Part shown: piece by piece, positions 50,253-61,417 of the stretch | How positions within the stretch are numbered: position 1 is the first letter of the stretch | Layout of the letters: each line of letters starts with the position of its first letter | Assembly: GCF_988243305.1 (NCBI RefSeq) | Contig: NZ_OZ547136.1 | Direction: 5' to 3' (one strand) | Length of the DNA stretch: 64,000 nucleotides | The notes under the pieces: generated by a model | What the model saw: only the letters and a program-made list of their open reading frames with translations | Database searches by the model: none | What the model was told of the DNA's origin: nothing | Program-made: the position numbers and the translations under genes

Positions 50253-52106
50253 CTACATCTTCTCCAGCAACTTCTTCACATCTTTGCCATTGCGGGAATC
50301 TTTATTCCGCTCGGCCCAGTCATTCAGGCGACGTTTCGCTTCGTCCTGTAGATGTTTGCGCAGCAGCTGGTCCACTTGCAGGCTGTAATTGAGTTGCTGC
50401 CAGTTGCCATAAACCCGCAGCGGTACTGGCGTTTCTTTGAGGAAATCAATCAGTTTGCTTTCTCCGTTCCATCCACCCACGACCCGAATATCAAACTGGG
50501 TGTCGCAGGTTTGCTCCGCCAGATTCAACGTACCAGCCCCGGAAAGCGCCAGCACAGGCGATTGACCTTGCATGTCGTTTAACGTCACGACGCCATCCTT
50601 CAACGTCAAATAGGTGGTAAAGCGGTCAAGACGCGTCACGTTATCGAAGTTTTCAGCGGCCTTCACATCACCACCATTACGTTCTACCGCTTGCTGAATC
50701 ATCTGCTGGAAGTTCATCCCTTCCATGCGTGTGTCGGTCATTTCGACATGTGCCTGTCCTTGCCAGTTGTGGCGGAATGCGTCGGCATCTATGTCAGCAC
50801 CGGAGAAATCACCAGCCAGTGACATCTTTCCGGTCAACGAAATCGGATAGTTAAACGCCTTCAGAATGGTGCCTATCTCAACGTTTTCCAGCCGTGGCTG
50901 GAAGTTTATCCGCGGATTTATTGATGTCGCGTCCAGCGTGCCCGGCAGTGAAACCTGTCCACCGTTAAGCTTGCCCTGCAGTTGAGTAATTTCCAGCAAA
51001 CCCGACTTGTTGGTCATTTGCGTGGCAACATCTGTAAAATTCATTCCGCGCCAGCGCACGTTACTGGCCTGCAACAAAATATCAGCCGTAAAGCCTTGCA
51101 GTCCCTGATAGGCCGGTTCATCAATACGCGAAGAAATGACCGGGCGCGGCAACGTTGATTGGCTCTGCCCCTGCTGCGCGGCACCGTTTTCACCGTTCGC
51201 TGTTTCATTAAGCGGGATGAGGTTGTCAAGATTCAGTTGCGGGAATTGCAGTCTCAGCTGCCATTCCGGTTTCTCTGTCAACGTGACCTGTGCTTGCCCG
51301 CTCAGCGTACTGTCATTGGCGGTCAAACTAATTTGGTTAAATGAAAGGCGTTTATGTGACTCCTGCCACTGGGCCTGGAAACTCCCCTGCCCCTGAATAC
51401 CTTGTTTTGGTAAATCTGCACCCTGCAACTGCCAGTTAATTTGTTCAATAGCCGCCGTTAAATCATGCGGATAATCAGAAGCATCTACCGTACCGTTAAG
51501 GGATATCGTGAGATCGCGCTGATCGCGATTAACCCGCCCGGAGAACTCAAATGAGCCACGATGTTGGGGATCTTGTTCCATTTGCAGACGGATATTGCGG
51601 ATTGTCACCTGCTCGTCATCTTCATGCTGGAACACCAGCACGCTGTCCGCCACCTTAAGACTGGATATATCAAACGACCATCCGCGATCGTCTGACAGAT
51701 CCGGCAAGGTATTGTCGCGCGGTGCAACCGGAGCGTCTTCACTGCGCACCGCTTCCGTCTGCGGCGTCAGTTGGATCACTGCCCCTTTTAGCATCACCTG
51801 CTTAACGCTCAGTTGATGACTCAGTAGTGGTAAAAGCGCCACGTCCAGACGCATGTTGTCGGCGCGAACCAGTGGCTGGCTCGCGCCCTGGGCGGTGAGA
51901 GACATTCGCCCGGAGAGGATACTAAGCTGCGGCCAGACGTGCCAACGCAGTGGCCCGTCGAGCTGCAATTGATAACCGCTACGTGCAGCAACTTGCTTGA
52001 CCATATAGTCGCGGAAATCATTCGGATTCACCAGCAACACTAACGCAGATAACCCGGCCACCAGCACGACCAGGAGTATCATCAGCGTCGTCAGAAATCG
52101 TCTCAT
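50253..52106 (-). CDS. asmA: AsmA, outer membrane assembly / lipid transport family protein
   Basis: 617 aa ORF with N-terminal TM anchor, conserved position upstream of dcd. Confidence 0.88.
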   Translation of the reverse strand: MRRFLTTLMILLVVLVAGLSALVLLVNPNDFRDYMVKQVAARSGYQLQLDGPLRWHVWPQLSILSGRMSLTAQGASQPLVRADNMRLDVALLPLLSHQLSVKQVMLKGAVIQLTPQTEAVRSEDAPVAPRDNTLPDLSDDRGWSFDISSLKVADSVLVFQHEDDEQVTIRNIRLQMEQDPQHRGSFEFSGRVNRDQRDLTISLNGTVDASDYPHDLTAAIEQINWQLQGADLPKQGIQGQGSFQAQWQESHKRLSFNQISLTANDSTLSGQAQVTLTEKPEWQLRLQFPQLNLDNLIPLNETANGENGAAQQGQSQSTLPRPVISSRIDEPAYQGLQGFTADILLQASNVRWRGMNFTDVATQMTNKSGLLEITQLQGKLNGGQVSLPGTLDATSINPRINFQPRLENVEIGTILKAFNYPISLTGKMSLAGDFSGADIDADAFRHNWQGQAHVEMTDTRMEGMNFQQMIQQAVERNGGDVKAAENFDNVTRLDRFTTYLTLKDGVVTLNDMQGQSPVLALSGAGTLNLAEQTCDTQFDIRVVGGWNGESKLIDFLKETPVPLRVYGNWQQLNYSLQVDQLLRKHLQDEAKRRLNDWAERNKDSRNGKDVKKLLEKM

Positions 52107-52127
52107 GGTATCCTCAATGGGCCTGAA

Positions 52128-52709
52128 TTAGTCTTTATCGATTCGGCTGGCTACCGCGCCCTGCTGGTTGCGATATTTCGCATCTTCACGGCGGTTGTAA
52201 GGTCGCGCCGCCGGGCCGGAAAGCGGCTCAAAGCTCAGCGCACCAATTAACATGCCCGGACGCAGCGCCAGCGGCAGCTTACCGGAGTTGTAGAACTCCA
52301 GCACAATACAGCCAGACCAGCCCGGATCGATACGGTGCGCGGTGACGTGCACCATAAGCCCCAGACGCGCCAGTGAGGAACGACCGTCCAGCCATCCCAC
52401 CAGATCGGCTGGCAGCGTCACCGACTCCAGCGTCACCGCCAGCGCCAGCTCTCCTGGGTGAAGATAAAACGCCTCGCTTTCATCGAGTACGATCTCATCG
52501 CTCATCACGCGGTCAAGCGCGGCGCTCACTTCATCTTTGGGACCGCTCAGATCGATAAACGCTGCCGTGTGACCACGGAAGGTACGAAATTTATTGCCCA
52601 GGCGCACATCCACCGTCGCGCCATTAATACGCTCCACTGGCGGACGTGGGTTGATCGACAAACGGCCTTCATCAAGCCAGGCTTCAATATCTCGGTCACA
52701 CAGACGCAT
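52128..52709 (-). CDS. dcd: dCTP deaminase
   Basis: 193 aa ORF. Confidence 0.92.
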   Translation of the reverse strand: MRLCDRDIEAWLDEGRLSINPRPPVERINGATVDVRLGNKFRTFRGHTAAFIDLSGPKDEVSAALDRVMSDEIVLDESEAFYLHPGELALAVTLESVTLPADLVGWLDGRSSLARLGLMVHVTAHRIDPGWSGCIVLEFYNSGKLPLALRPGMLIGALSFEPLSGPAARPYNRREDAKYRNQQGAVASRIDKD

Positions 52710-52800
52710 GGCATTTTCTCCTTTCGTGCATCACTCCCTTAACGCCAATTACGTCAAGGGCATACCAGGTTATCACTGAACGGTACACAATTTATCAAGC

Positions 52801-53442
52801 TTATTCAAAGAACTGACTTATTTTCGCTTTCAATATATCGATGGCGATGCGGTTTTTCCCGCCGCGCGGCACGATAATGTCCGCATATTGTTTAGAAGGC
52901 TCAATGAATTGCAGGAACATCGGACGCACGGTTTTTTGATATTGCGCCATCACTGAATCCATTGAACGCCCACGCTCGTTAACGTCACGCTTGATGCGGC
53001 GCATCAGGCAGATATCCAGCGGGGTATCAACGAAAATTGAGAAGTTAAGTTCATCACGCAAACGCGCATCCGTTAGCAGCAAAATGCCTTCGAGAATGAT
53101 GACTTTCTTCGGCTCAACCGTCACCGTTTCTTTCATACGCGTATGTTCAACATAGCTGTAAACCGGCAGGTCAATTGCCGAGCCGCGTTTCAACGCTTGT
53201 AAATGCTCAAGCAGCAGGCTGTGATCCATCGCGCTGGGATGGTCGTAGTTGGTCTTAACGCGTTCTTCCATCGACAGATGGCTTTGATCTTTGTAATAGC
53301 AGTCTTCGGGAATTACGCCGATGTGTTCATCACCGACTTGCTCACGTAATTCACGATAAAGGGTACTGGCAATAAGACTCTTGCCGGAAGCCGATGCGCC
53401 AGCGATACCGATAATGACGCACTGATGAGACTGATCAGTCAT
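52801..53442 (-). CDS. udk: uridine/cytidine kinase
   Basis: ORF 52801-53505 trimmed to start at [22 protein letters not shown] (Walker A), 213 aa. Confidence 0.9.
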
Positions 53443-53759
53443 ATATTTAGCGACCTGATTAACCTGGATGTTAGGAAGGGGGCGACGAAGCGCCAAACGC
53501 GGCAATTATAGGGATTTCATCCGCCTGATACCAGTCGAATAGCGTTGCCGCGCGCTCAGAGTTAATTGTTGACAAAGAATTCCCGGTGGCAAATTACGTT
53601 GATCAGTTTTATACAAGGTAAAAAATGTTATACGCCGTTGCGCAAATTATCCGCCTTTACGTCACTTTATGAGCAATTCGCATATAAAATGTAAAACTTT
53701 TGTACTAGCATAAACACAGAAACGAATACTGGCGACCTGGTCTTGCGGATAAAGCGGTA

Positions 53760-56700
53760 ATGAGCAAACAATCACAGCATGTATTAATTGCCCTGCCCCA
53801 CCCGCTGCTTCACCTGGTCAGTTTAGGTTTAGTCTCGTTTATCTTTACCCTTTTCTCGCTTGAGCTTTCGCAGTTTGGCACCCAACTCGCCCCACTGTGG
53901 TTCCCGACGTCCATCATGATGGTGGCGTTTTATCGCCATGCCGGGCGTATGTGGCCGGGGATTGCGCTGAGCTGCTCACTGGGAAATATCGCCGCATCCA
54001 TCCTGCTTTTTTCCACCAGCTCGCTGAACATGACCTGGACGACCATCAATATTGTTGAAGCCGTGGTCGGGGCAGTGCTACTGCGTAAATTGCTGCCGTG
54101 GTATAACCCATTGCAAAATCTGGCTGACTGGCTGCGTCTGGCACTCGGCAGCGCCATTGTTCCGCCTCTGTTGGGGGGTGTTCTGGTTATCCTGCTGACG
54201 CCCGGAGACGATCCTCTCAGGGCATTTTTGATATGGGTACTGTCAGAATCCATCGGCGCACTGGCACTGGTGCCACTGGGATTGTTATTTAAACCACACT
54301 ATCTGCTGCGCCATCGCAACCCAAGGTTGCTTTTTGAGTCGCTGCTCACGTTAGCCATCACACTGACGTTAAGCTGGCTTTCGATGCTGTATCTGCCGTG
54401 GCCTTTTACTTTCATTATTGTGCTGTTGATGTGGAGCGCCGTGCGCCTGCCACGAATGGAAGCCTTTTTGATCTTCCTTACCACGGTGATGATGGTGTCA
54501 CTGATGATGGCCGCGGATCCCTCCCTGCTTGCTACGCCGCGTACATACCTGATGAGCCATATGCCGTGGCTACCGTTTTTGCTGATCCTGCTGCCCGCCA
54601 ACATCATGACCATGGTGATGTATGCCTTTCGTGCGGAACGCAAACACATTTCCGAAAGCGAAACCCGCTTTCGGAACGCGATGGAATATTCCGCTATCGG
54701 TATGGCGTTAGTGGGCACCGAGGGACAATGGCTGCAATCCAACAAAGCACTCTGCCAGTTTCTCGGTTACAGTCAGGAAGAGCTGCGCGGACTCACCTTT
54801 CAGCAACTGACCTGGCCGGAGGATCTCAATAAAGATCTGCAACAGGTTGAAAAGCTGATCAGCGGTGAAATAAACACCTATTCAATGGAAAAACGCTACT
54901 ACAACCGCAATGGCGATGTTGTCTGGGCGTTGCTTGCCGTCTCACTGGTGCGCCACACGGATGGCACGCCGCTCTATTTTATCGCTCAGATTGAAGACAT
55001 TAACGAGCTAAAACGCACCGAACAGGTGAATCAGCAACTGATGGAGCGCATCACGCTGGCTAACGAAGCGGGCGGGATTGGCATCTGGGAGTGGGAGCTT
55101 AAGCCGAATATTTTTAGCTGGGATAAGCGGATGTTCGAGCTGTATGAAATTCCTCCGCATATCAAACCGAACTGGCAGGTGTGGTACGAGTGCGTGCTGC
55201 CGGAAGATCGCCAGCATGCCGAAAAAGTGATTCGTGATTCGTTGCAATCACGCTCTCCCTTTAAACTGGAATTTCGCATTACCGTGAAAGACGGCATTCG
55301 CCATATCCGCGCCCTCGCTAACCGGGTACTGAATAAAGAAGGCGAAGTCGAACGCCTGCTCGGCATTAATATGGATATGACCGAGGTAAAACAGCTTAAC
55401 GAGGCATTGTTTCAGGAAAAAGAGCGCCTGCACATTACGCTGGATTCCATCGGCGAAGCCGTGGTCTGTATTGATATGGCAATGAAAATTACCTTTATGA
55501 ATCCGGTGGCGGAGAAGATGAGCGGCTGGACGCAGGAAGAAGCGTTAGGTGTTCCACTCCTGACGGTGTTGCATATTACTTTTGGCGACAACGGACCATT
55601 AATGGAGAACATTTACAGTGCCGACACCTCACGTTCCGCGATTGAACAAGATGTGGTGTTGCACTGCCGAAGCGGCGGCAGCTACGACGTGCATTACAGT
55701 ATTACGCCGTTAAGTACTCTGGACGGCAGCAATATTGGTTCGGTTCTGGTGATTCAGGACGTCACCGAATCGCGCAAAATGCTGCGCCAGCTGAGCTACA
55801 GCGCCTCCCATGATGCACTGACGCATCTCGCCAATCGCGCCAGTTTTGAGAAGCAACTACGCATCCTGCTGCAAACGGTAAACAGTACACATCAGCGACA
55901 TGCACTGGTGTTTATCGATCTTGATCGCTTTAAAGCGGTGAATGACAGCGCCGGGCACGCCGCTGGCGACGCTTTACTGCGCGAACTGGCGTCATTGATG
56001 CTGAGTATGCTGCGCTCCAGCGACGTGCTGGCGCGACTCGGTGGCGATGAATTTGGTCTGCTGCTGCCAGATTGTAATGTCGAAAGTGCGCGTTTTATCG
56101 CTACACGCATTATCAGCGCCGTGAATGACTATCACTTTATCTGGGAAGGACGTGTACATCGGGTAGGTGCCAGTGCCGGGATTACCTTGATTGATGACAA
56201 CAATCATCAGGCGGCTGAAGTGATGTCGCAGGCTGATATCGCCTGTTATGCCTCCAAAAATGGTGGCCGGGGCCGGGTGACGATTTACGAACCGCAGCAA
56301 GCTGCCGCACATAGCGAACGGGCGGCGATGTCGCTTGATGAACAGTGGCGGATGATTAAAGAGAATCAGTTGATGATGATCGCCCACGGTGTCGCTTCGC
56401 CGCGGATCCCGCAAGCGCGTAATTTGTGGCTGATTTCACTTAAGCTCTGGAGTTGCGAAGGCGAGATTATTGATGAACAAACATTTCGTCGTAGCTTCAG
56501 CGATCCGGCACTTAGCCATGCTCTTGACCGACGGGTATTCCACGATTTTTTCCAGCAGGCCGCCAAAGCGGTTGCCAGTAAAGGTATAAGCATCGCCCTC
56601 CCGCTTTCCGTTGCCGGTTTGAGTAGCGCCACGCTGGTGAATGAACTAATTGAGCAGCTGGAAAATAGCCCTCTACCACCACGGTTATTACATCTGATTA

Positions 56701-57077
56701 TTCCGGCAGACGCGATTTTAGATCACGCAGAAAGCGTGCAAAAACTGCGGCTGGCGGGATGTCGGATCGTATTCAGTCAGGTGGGCCGCGATCTGCAAAT
56801 CTTCAACTCGCTGAAAGCGAATATGGCAGATTACCTGCTACTTGATGGTGAGTTATGCGCCAACGTGCAGGGAAATTTGATGGATGAGATGCTGATTACG
56901 ATCATTCAGGGGCACGCTCAGCGGCTCGGGATGAAGACCATCGCCGGGCCAGTAGTTTTACCCCTGGTGATGGATACGCTTTCTGGCATCGGCGTCGATC
57001 TGATTTATGGCGATGTGATTGCCGATGCCCAACCGCTGGATTTGCTGGTGAATAGCAGTTATTTCGCGATTAACTGA
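53760..57077 (+). CDS. dgcE: membrane-anchored diguanylate cyclase (sensory N-terminus, GGDEF domain, C-terminal EAL-like region)
   Basis: 1105 aa ORF; hydrophobic N-terminal third; GGDEF motif present (RLGGDEFGLLL); no canonical EAL motif seen in the C-terminal region. Confidence 0.88.
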   Translation: MSKQSQHVLIALPHPLLHLVSLGLVSFIFTLFSLELSQFGTQLAPLWFPTSIMMVAFYRHAGRMWPGIALSCSLGNIAASILLFSTSSLNMTWTTINIVEAVVGAVLLRKLLPWYNPLQNLADWLRLALGSAIVPPLLGGVLVILLTPGDDPLRAFLIWVLSESIGALALVPLGLLFKPHYLLRHRNPRLLFESLLTLAITLTLSWLSMLYLPWPFTFIIVLLMWSAVRLPRMEAFLIFLTTVMMVSLMMAADPSLLATPRTYLMSHMPWLPFLLILLPANIMTMVMYAFRAERKHISESETRFRNAMEYSAIGMALVGTEGQWLQSNKALCQFLGYSQEELRGLTFQQLTWPEDLNKDLQQVEKLISGEINTYSMEKRYYNRNGDVVWALLAVSLVRHTDGTPLYFIAQIEDINELKRTEQVNQQLMERITLANEAGGIGIWEWELKPNIFSWDKRMFELYEIPPHIKPNWQVWYECVLPEDRQHAEKVIRDSLQSRSPFKLEFRITVKDGIRHIRALANRVLNKEGEVERLLGINMDMTEVKQLNEALFQEKERLHITLDSIGEAVVCIDMAMKITFMNPVAEKMSGWTQEEALGVPLLTVLHITFGDNGPLMENIYSADTSRSAIEQDVVLHCRSGGSYDVHYSITPLSTLDGSNIGSVLVIQDVTESRKMLRQLSYSASHDALTHLANRASFEKQLRILLQTVNSTHQRHALVFIDLDRFKAVNDSAGHAAGDALLRELASLMLSMLRSSDVLARLGGDEFGLLLPDCNVESARFIATRIISAVNDYHFIWEGRVHRVGASAGITLIDDNNHQAAEVMSQADIACYASKNGGRGRVTIYEPQQAAAHSERAAMSLDEQWRMIKENQLMMIAHGVASPRIPQARNLWLISLKLWSCEGEIIDEQTFRRSFSDPALSHALDRRVFHDFFQQAAKAVASKGISIALPLSVAGLSSATLVNELIEQLENSPLPPRLLHLIIPADAILDHAESVQKLRLAGCRIVFSQVGRDLQIFNSLKANMADYLLLDGELCANVQGNLMDEMLITIIQGHAQRLGMKTIAGPVVLPLVMDTLSGIGVDLIYGDVIADAQPLDLLVNSSYFAIN

Positions 57078-57093
57078 GGCGTGCTTCCCCATC

Positions 57094-57117
57094 GCCTGAT
57101 GCGGCGTATCAGGCCTA
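57094..57117. repeat. REP element overlapping the alkA stop codon
   Basis: gcctgatgcggcgtatcaggcctac palindrome. Confidence 0.75.
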
Positions 57118-57972
57118 CAATTCGTCCGTTCCGTCTGGTTGCCAGCCTTCCGTATACCAGATATGCAACAGCGCATAAGAACGCCAGGGCTTCCAGCGTT
57201 CGGCATAACGGCGGATTTGTGCCGGTGTCATTCCCGGAAATCGCTGTTTAATCAGATAATCATCCGGCAGGAAAACATCTTTCGCCTGCCAGCCACGTAA
57301 GGCGAAATAATTCGCCGTCCAGCGCCCGATACCCGGAAAAGTTTGCAGCGTTTTCATCGCTTGCTCTACGTCGCCCGGAAATGTCATTGGTAAGGTGCCC
57401 TCCAGCGCCGCATTTGCCAGATGAATCAGTGCCTCTGCCCGTTTCAACGGCATACCTAACGCTTTTAATGCCTGCGGGTCGGCTGCAGCCAGCCGCTGAG
57501 GCGTGGGGAAGCAGACATAATCCGGAAAATCATCCAGCCGTTCGCCATAAAGCTGTGCCACTCTGGCGGTCAATTTTGCCGCCATCGCCACGCTCACCAG
57601 TTGGCCTAAAATCGCCCGCACGCCCTGCTCAAAAGCATCAACACTGCCGGGTAAACGCAATCCGGGCCGCGCCGCGCCTAACTTGCCCAACGCACCGTTA
57701 ACAATCTGCGGGTTACATTGCAGATCAAACAGGCGGCTCATTTTCGCCAGACACTCTGCGGCAACAGGTTCTAAACCTGCACTTAAATTTATGTGCAGAG
57801 TATGGCGGGCTATATCCGGAATAGCAGTCACCACGCCGCGATATTCGCCCACCGCCAGACTACGGGCATAATAATCGTCAGCGACCGTTTCCACACCGTT
57901 CACCGCACGGGCGGCGAGAAATCCCAACATCCACGACCAGTCATACGGCGGCTGCCAGTTCAGGGTATACAT
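57115..57972 (-). CDS. alkA: 3-methyladenine DNA glycosylase II
   Basis: 285 aa ORF starting MYTLNWQPPYDW. Confidence 0.92.
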   Translation of the reverse strand: MYTLNWQPPYDWSWMLGFLAARAVNGVETVADDYYARSLAVGEYRGVVTAIPDIARHTLHINLSAGLEPVAAECLAKMSRLFDLQCNPQIVNGALGKLGAARPGLRLPGSVDAFEQGVRAILGQLVSVAMAAKLTARVAQLYGERLDDFPDYVCFPTPQRLAAADPQALKALGMPLKRAEALIHLANAALEGTLPMTFPGDVEQAMKTLQTFPGIGRWTANYFALRGWQAKDVFLPDDYLIKQRFPGMTPAQIRRYAERWKPWRSYALLHIWYTEGWQPDGTDEL

Positions 57973-58024
57973 CGCATCTCCTTGTTAATCCGCTTTCAGC
58001 ATAAACGTTATTCAGACGTTACGC

Positions 58025-58032
58025 TTTGCTTT
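58025..58032 (-). promoter_or_regulatory. candidate Ada box in alkA promoter
   Basis: plus-strand tttgcttt is AAAGCAAA on the alkA strand, about 55 bp upstream of the alkA start; matches my recollection of the Ada recognition sequence. Confidence 0.45.
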
Positions 58033-58105
58033 CATATTCCGGTTGTCGCGACGGCAACATTTCGCTAAAGTCACGCCCCTTCTTCACCGGCATGGGGATT
58101 ATTTC

Positions 58106-59458
58106 GTGTTTATTGGTTTTGATTACGGTACAGCAAACTGTTCAGTGGCGGTCATGCGCGACGGTAAACCGCATTTGCTAAAAATGGAAAACGACAGCAC
58201 GCTGCTGCCTTCAATGCTTTGCGCGCCAACGCGTGAAGCGGTAAGCGAATGGCTGTACCGCCATCATGATGTTCCGGCAGACGACGATGAAACGCAGGCG
58301 CTGCTGCGTCGGGCGATTCGTTATAACCGCGAAGAAGATATCGATGTTACGGCGAAAAGCGTGCAGTTCGGTCTTTCCTCACTGGCACAGTACATTGATG
58401 ATCCAGAAGAAGTGTGGTTTGTGAAATCACCAAAATCGTTCCTCGGTGCCAGCGGCTTAAAACCGCAGCAGGTAGCGCTGTTTGAGGATCTGGTCTGCGC
58501 AATGATGTTGCACATTCGCCAGCAGGCGCAGGCACAGCTGCCAGAAGCGATTACTCAGGCGGTGATTGGTCGCCCTATCAACTTCCAGGGGCTGGGCGGC
58601 GATGAAGCAAACACCCAGGCGCAGGGGATTCTGGAACGCGCGGCGAAGCGTGCCGGGTTTAAGGATGTGGTATTCCAGTACGAGCCGGTCGCGGCTGGGC
58701 TGGATTACGAAGCCACCTTGCAGGAAGAAAAACGGGTGCTGGTGGTGGATATCGGCGGTGGTACGACTGACTGTTCATTGCTGCTGATGGGGCCGCAGTG
58801 GCGTTCGCGTCTCGATCGTGAAGCCAGCCTGCTGGGTCACAGTGGTTGCCGTATTGGCGGTAACGATCTGGATATCGCACTGGCGTTTAAAAACCTGATG
58901 CCGTTACTGGGCATGGGTGGCGAAACCGAAAAAGGCATCGCCCTGCCGATTCTGCCGTGGTGGAATGCGGTTGCCATCAACGACGTACCTGCGCAAAGTG
59001 ATTTCTACAGTAGTGCCAACGGTCGTCTGCTTAACGATCTGGTACGCGATGCCCGCGAACCGGAAAAAGTGGCCCTGTTACAGAAAGTCTGGCGTCAGCG
59101 TTTAAGCTATCGCCTGGTACGTAGCGCAGAAGAGAGCAAAATTGCGCTTTCAAGCGTAGCGGAAACCCGCGCCTCACTGCCGTTTATCAGCGATGAACTG
59201 GCTACGCTGATTAGCCAGCAAGGGCTGGAAAGCGCCCTCAACCAGCCACTGATGCGGATTCTGGAACAGGTGCAACTGGCGCTGGATAACGCCCAGGAAA
59301 AACCGGATGTCATCTACCTGACCGGCGGTAGCGCCCGTTCGCCGCTGATTAAAAAAGCGCTGGCAGAACAGTTGCCGGGCATTCCGATTGCAGGCGGCGA
59401 TGACTTTGGCTCCGTCACCGCCGGGCTGGCACGCTGGGCGGAGGTGGTGTTTCGTTAA
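58106..59458 (+). CDS. yegD: Hsp70/actin-fold ATPase family protein
   Basis: ORF 58043-59458 begins at TTG; likely true start is GTG at 58106 (MFIGFDYGTANCSVAV), giving 450 aa; DYGT and DIGGGTTD motifs. Confidence 0.85.
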   Translation: MFIGFDYGTANCSVAVMRDGKPHLLKMENDSTLLPSMLCAPTREAVSEWLYRHHDVPADDDETQALLRRAIRYNREEDIDVTAKSVQFGLSSLAQYIDDPEEVWFVKSPKSFLGASGLKPQQVALFEDLVCAMMLHIRQQAQAQLPEAITQAVIGRPINFQGLGGDEANTQAQGILERAAKRAGFKDVVFQYEPVAAGLDYEATLQEEKRVLVVDIGGGTTDCSLLLMGPQWRSRLDREASLLGHSGCRIGGNDLDIALAFKNLMPLLGMGGETEKGIALPILPWWNAVAINDVPAQSDFYSSANGRLLNDLVRDAREPEKVALLQKVWRQRLSYRLVRSAEESKIALSSVAETRASLPFISDELATLISQQGLESALNQPLMRILEQVQLALDNAQEKPDVIYLTGGSARSPLIKKALAEQLPGIPIAGGDDFGSVTAGLARWAEVVFR

Positions 59459-59470
59459 TTGAAAACTGGC

Positions 59471-61417
59471 TCAGCAACGGCTTAAATCAGCCTGCGCCTG
59501 AGCCAGTTTTTCTGCCGCCTGACGTAACGGTTCCATCAACGGCATGGTCCGTGCTGGAGCATGAAGGCGGAATCGCTGCAACTCTGTCGCACCGACAGTC
59601 AGCGCCGATTCCAGCCGATGTCGTTTGGCGGCCATTTTTGCCATTACCGCTTGTCTGTCTGCAGGCGTTACCGCTTCGTTCGGCCTGAAAACAAAACGGC
59701 GTTCGCAACTCGCTTTCCAGTCGATAACCGCCTGGGTCAGATGATCACCAAAACCTTTTACTTGCTTAACGCTCCGTCGGGTAACGTCTGCCGCCGTTTC
59801 AATACCAAAGGACCGTAACGCCGCTTTACGCGCAGGGCCAACGCCGGGAATAGAGGCAACATCAATAAAAAATCCCTCCAGAAACTTCTGCTTCTGCCGT
59901 TCCCTTGCGGTGTCCTGAAGTGCTGCCAGATCGCGCTTTTCTTCTTCCGGTAACCCAAGAATTTCGTCCTTCATTTTTTCGAGCATCGTCCGTTTGGCGA
60001 TAAAACCTTCCAGCCCGCCCAACCGTTGGATCTGGCTGACTAAATGGTCATAGTCCATTTTCGCGCGATTAAACGCCTCACGGCGTTGCTGGATTTCTGC
60101 TTTGTACGCTTTGCTTGTCAGGCTGCCAATAATCCAGATAGCCGCCAGCACAGGAACCAAAATAATATAACGCGGTTCTGCCTGAAGGCCGCAAAGCAAC
60201 AGCGATAACGCTGACAGTGCGATCTCAATCAGAATGATGTATTCGCGCCGTAACAGGCCTAAAGGAAGCGGCCTGCCAGTCAGTTGGAAATGATCGGGTA
60301 ATGGCAGTTGCAATGCTGGCGGTGCTACTGACGCCATCACCATCGCCCAGACTTTCGCCAGCACAAAATCACCGCTGGTGGTAATGACCTCTTCGCCGAG
60401 ATCAATAAAATAGATAACGCCTTGATTATCCAGCGCACACCACGGGCAGTCAGTCAAATGACCGGGGTAAACATGCATTGCCGAAACGGTACATTTCTTT
60501 AACTGTTGGCGTAGTAAATCAAGTGCCGCAACCCACGCTTTTGCCGTCGGACGCCCGGTTGCCACGCCACTTTCCGTGAATGCCTGCTGAAACATGGTTT
60601 CAACATCGCCCGGTAACATCGACAGCGGAATAGATCGTGGCGGCGGTTTTAAACCACGTCGCTGATTATCTGACGCGTAGGCATAACGGAAATGGGCAAT
60701 ATCCGTCTCCAGTGCATTACCCGCATCAGAGACAAGCGGTACACCGGAATAAGGATGCCGCCCACCAAACAAGACGTGAAAAATCAGCAACGCAAGGCCA
60801 AAATTATCGTGATTCGCGGTGCGTTCAAAGCCGACAAATGATGGCAAGGTTTGCAGCTCTGGCGGCGTAAAATGCGACACGCCGACTTCGCATAAATGCA
60901 GCGTGCCATTGGCGTTAATCTGAAAGGAGTCGCTATCAATCAACACCACTTTGCTGTCACGGCCTACCATAAAGCTGTTCTGGTTTACGTCACCCACGAC
61001 ATGCCCGTGCTCGTGAACCGTAGCAAAAGATGAAGCAATATTGCGCGCAACATAGAGTAGAAAATCCCACGCACAATGAGGGTAACGTTGGCGACGATGT
61101 GCCGGGCTATAGATCATATGAATCGGTTCTTTACCAGAAACTTTTGGCATCATAAAACCGATAACCTTTCCGCCTCGTCCACCGTGAAGCGTTGCCTGCG
61201 GCCAGGCGACATAATTCAACAATTGCGCGTCAGCTGTCGCAGCCATAAAGGCAAGTTTGTCCTGTTTTAAGGCGGGTGGCGGCGTGTGATAAATCTTGGC
61301 GACACTATCGACAAACTCCTCGATATCATAAACCGCGCCTTCGCCACCTTTTCCCAGTTCACGCCCGAGAGTGGTCAATTCACCTGTCGATGTAAATACT
61401 TTTATATTTGTCTTCAT
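59471..61417 (-). CDS. yegI: eukaryotic-like Ser/Thr protein kinase family membrane protein
   Basis: 648 aa ORF; N-terminal glycine-rich loop LGKGGEGAVY followed by VAKIY lysine motif; central hydrophobic segments; C-terminal extension. Confidence 0.85.
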   Translation of the reverse strand: MKTNIKVFTSTGELTTLGRELGKGGEGAVYDIEEFVDSVAKIYHTPPPALKQDKLAFMAATADAQLLNYVAWPQATLHGGRGGKVIGFMMPKVSGKEPIHMIYSPAHRRQRYPHCAWDFLLYVARNIASSFATVHEHGHVVGDVNQNSFMVGRDSKVVLIDSDSFQINANGTLHLCEVGVSHFTPPELQTLPSFVGFERTANHDNFGLALLIFHVLFGGRHPYSGVPLVSDAGNALETDIAHFRYAYASDNQRRGLKPPPRSIPLSMLPGDVETMFQQAFTESGVATGRPTAKAWVAALDLLRQQLKKCTVSAMHVYPGHLTDCPWCALDNQGVIYFIDLGEEVITTSGDFVLAKVWAMVMASVAPPALQLPLPDHFQLTGRPLPLGLLRREYIILIEIALSALSLLLCGLQAEPRYIILVPVLAAIWIIGSLTSKAYKAEIQQRREAFNRAKMDYDHLVSQIQRLGGLEGFIAKRTMLEKMKDEILGLPEEEKRDLAALQDTARERQKQKFLEGFFIDVASIPGVGPARKAALRSFGIETAADVTRRSVKQVKGFGDHLTQAVIDWKASCERRFVFRPNEAVTPADRQAVMAKMAAKRHRLESALTVGATELQRFRLHAPARTMPLMEPLRQAAEKLAQAQADLSRC

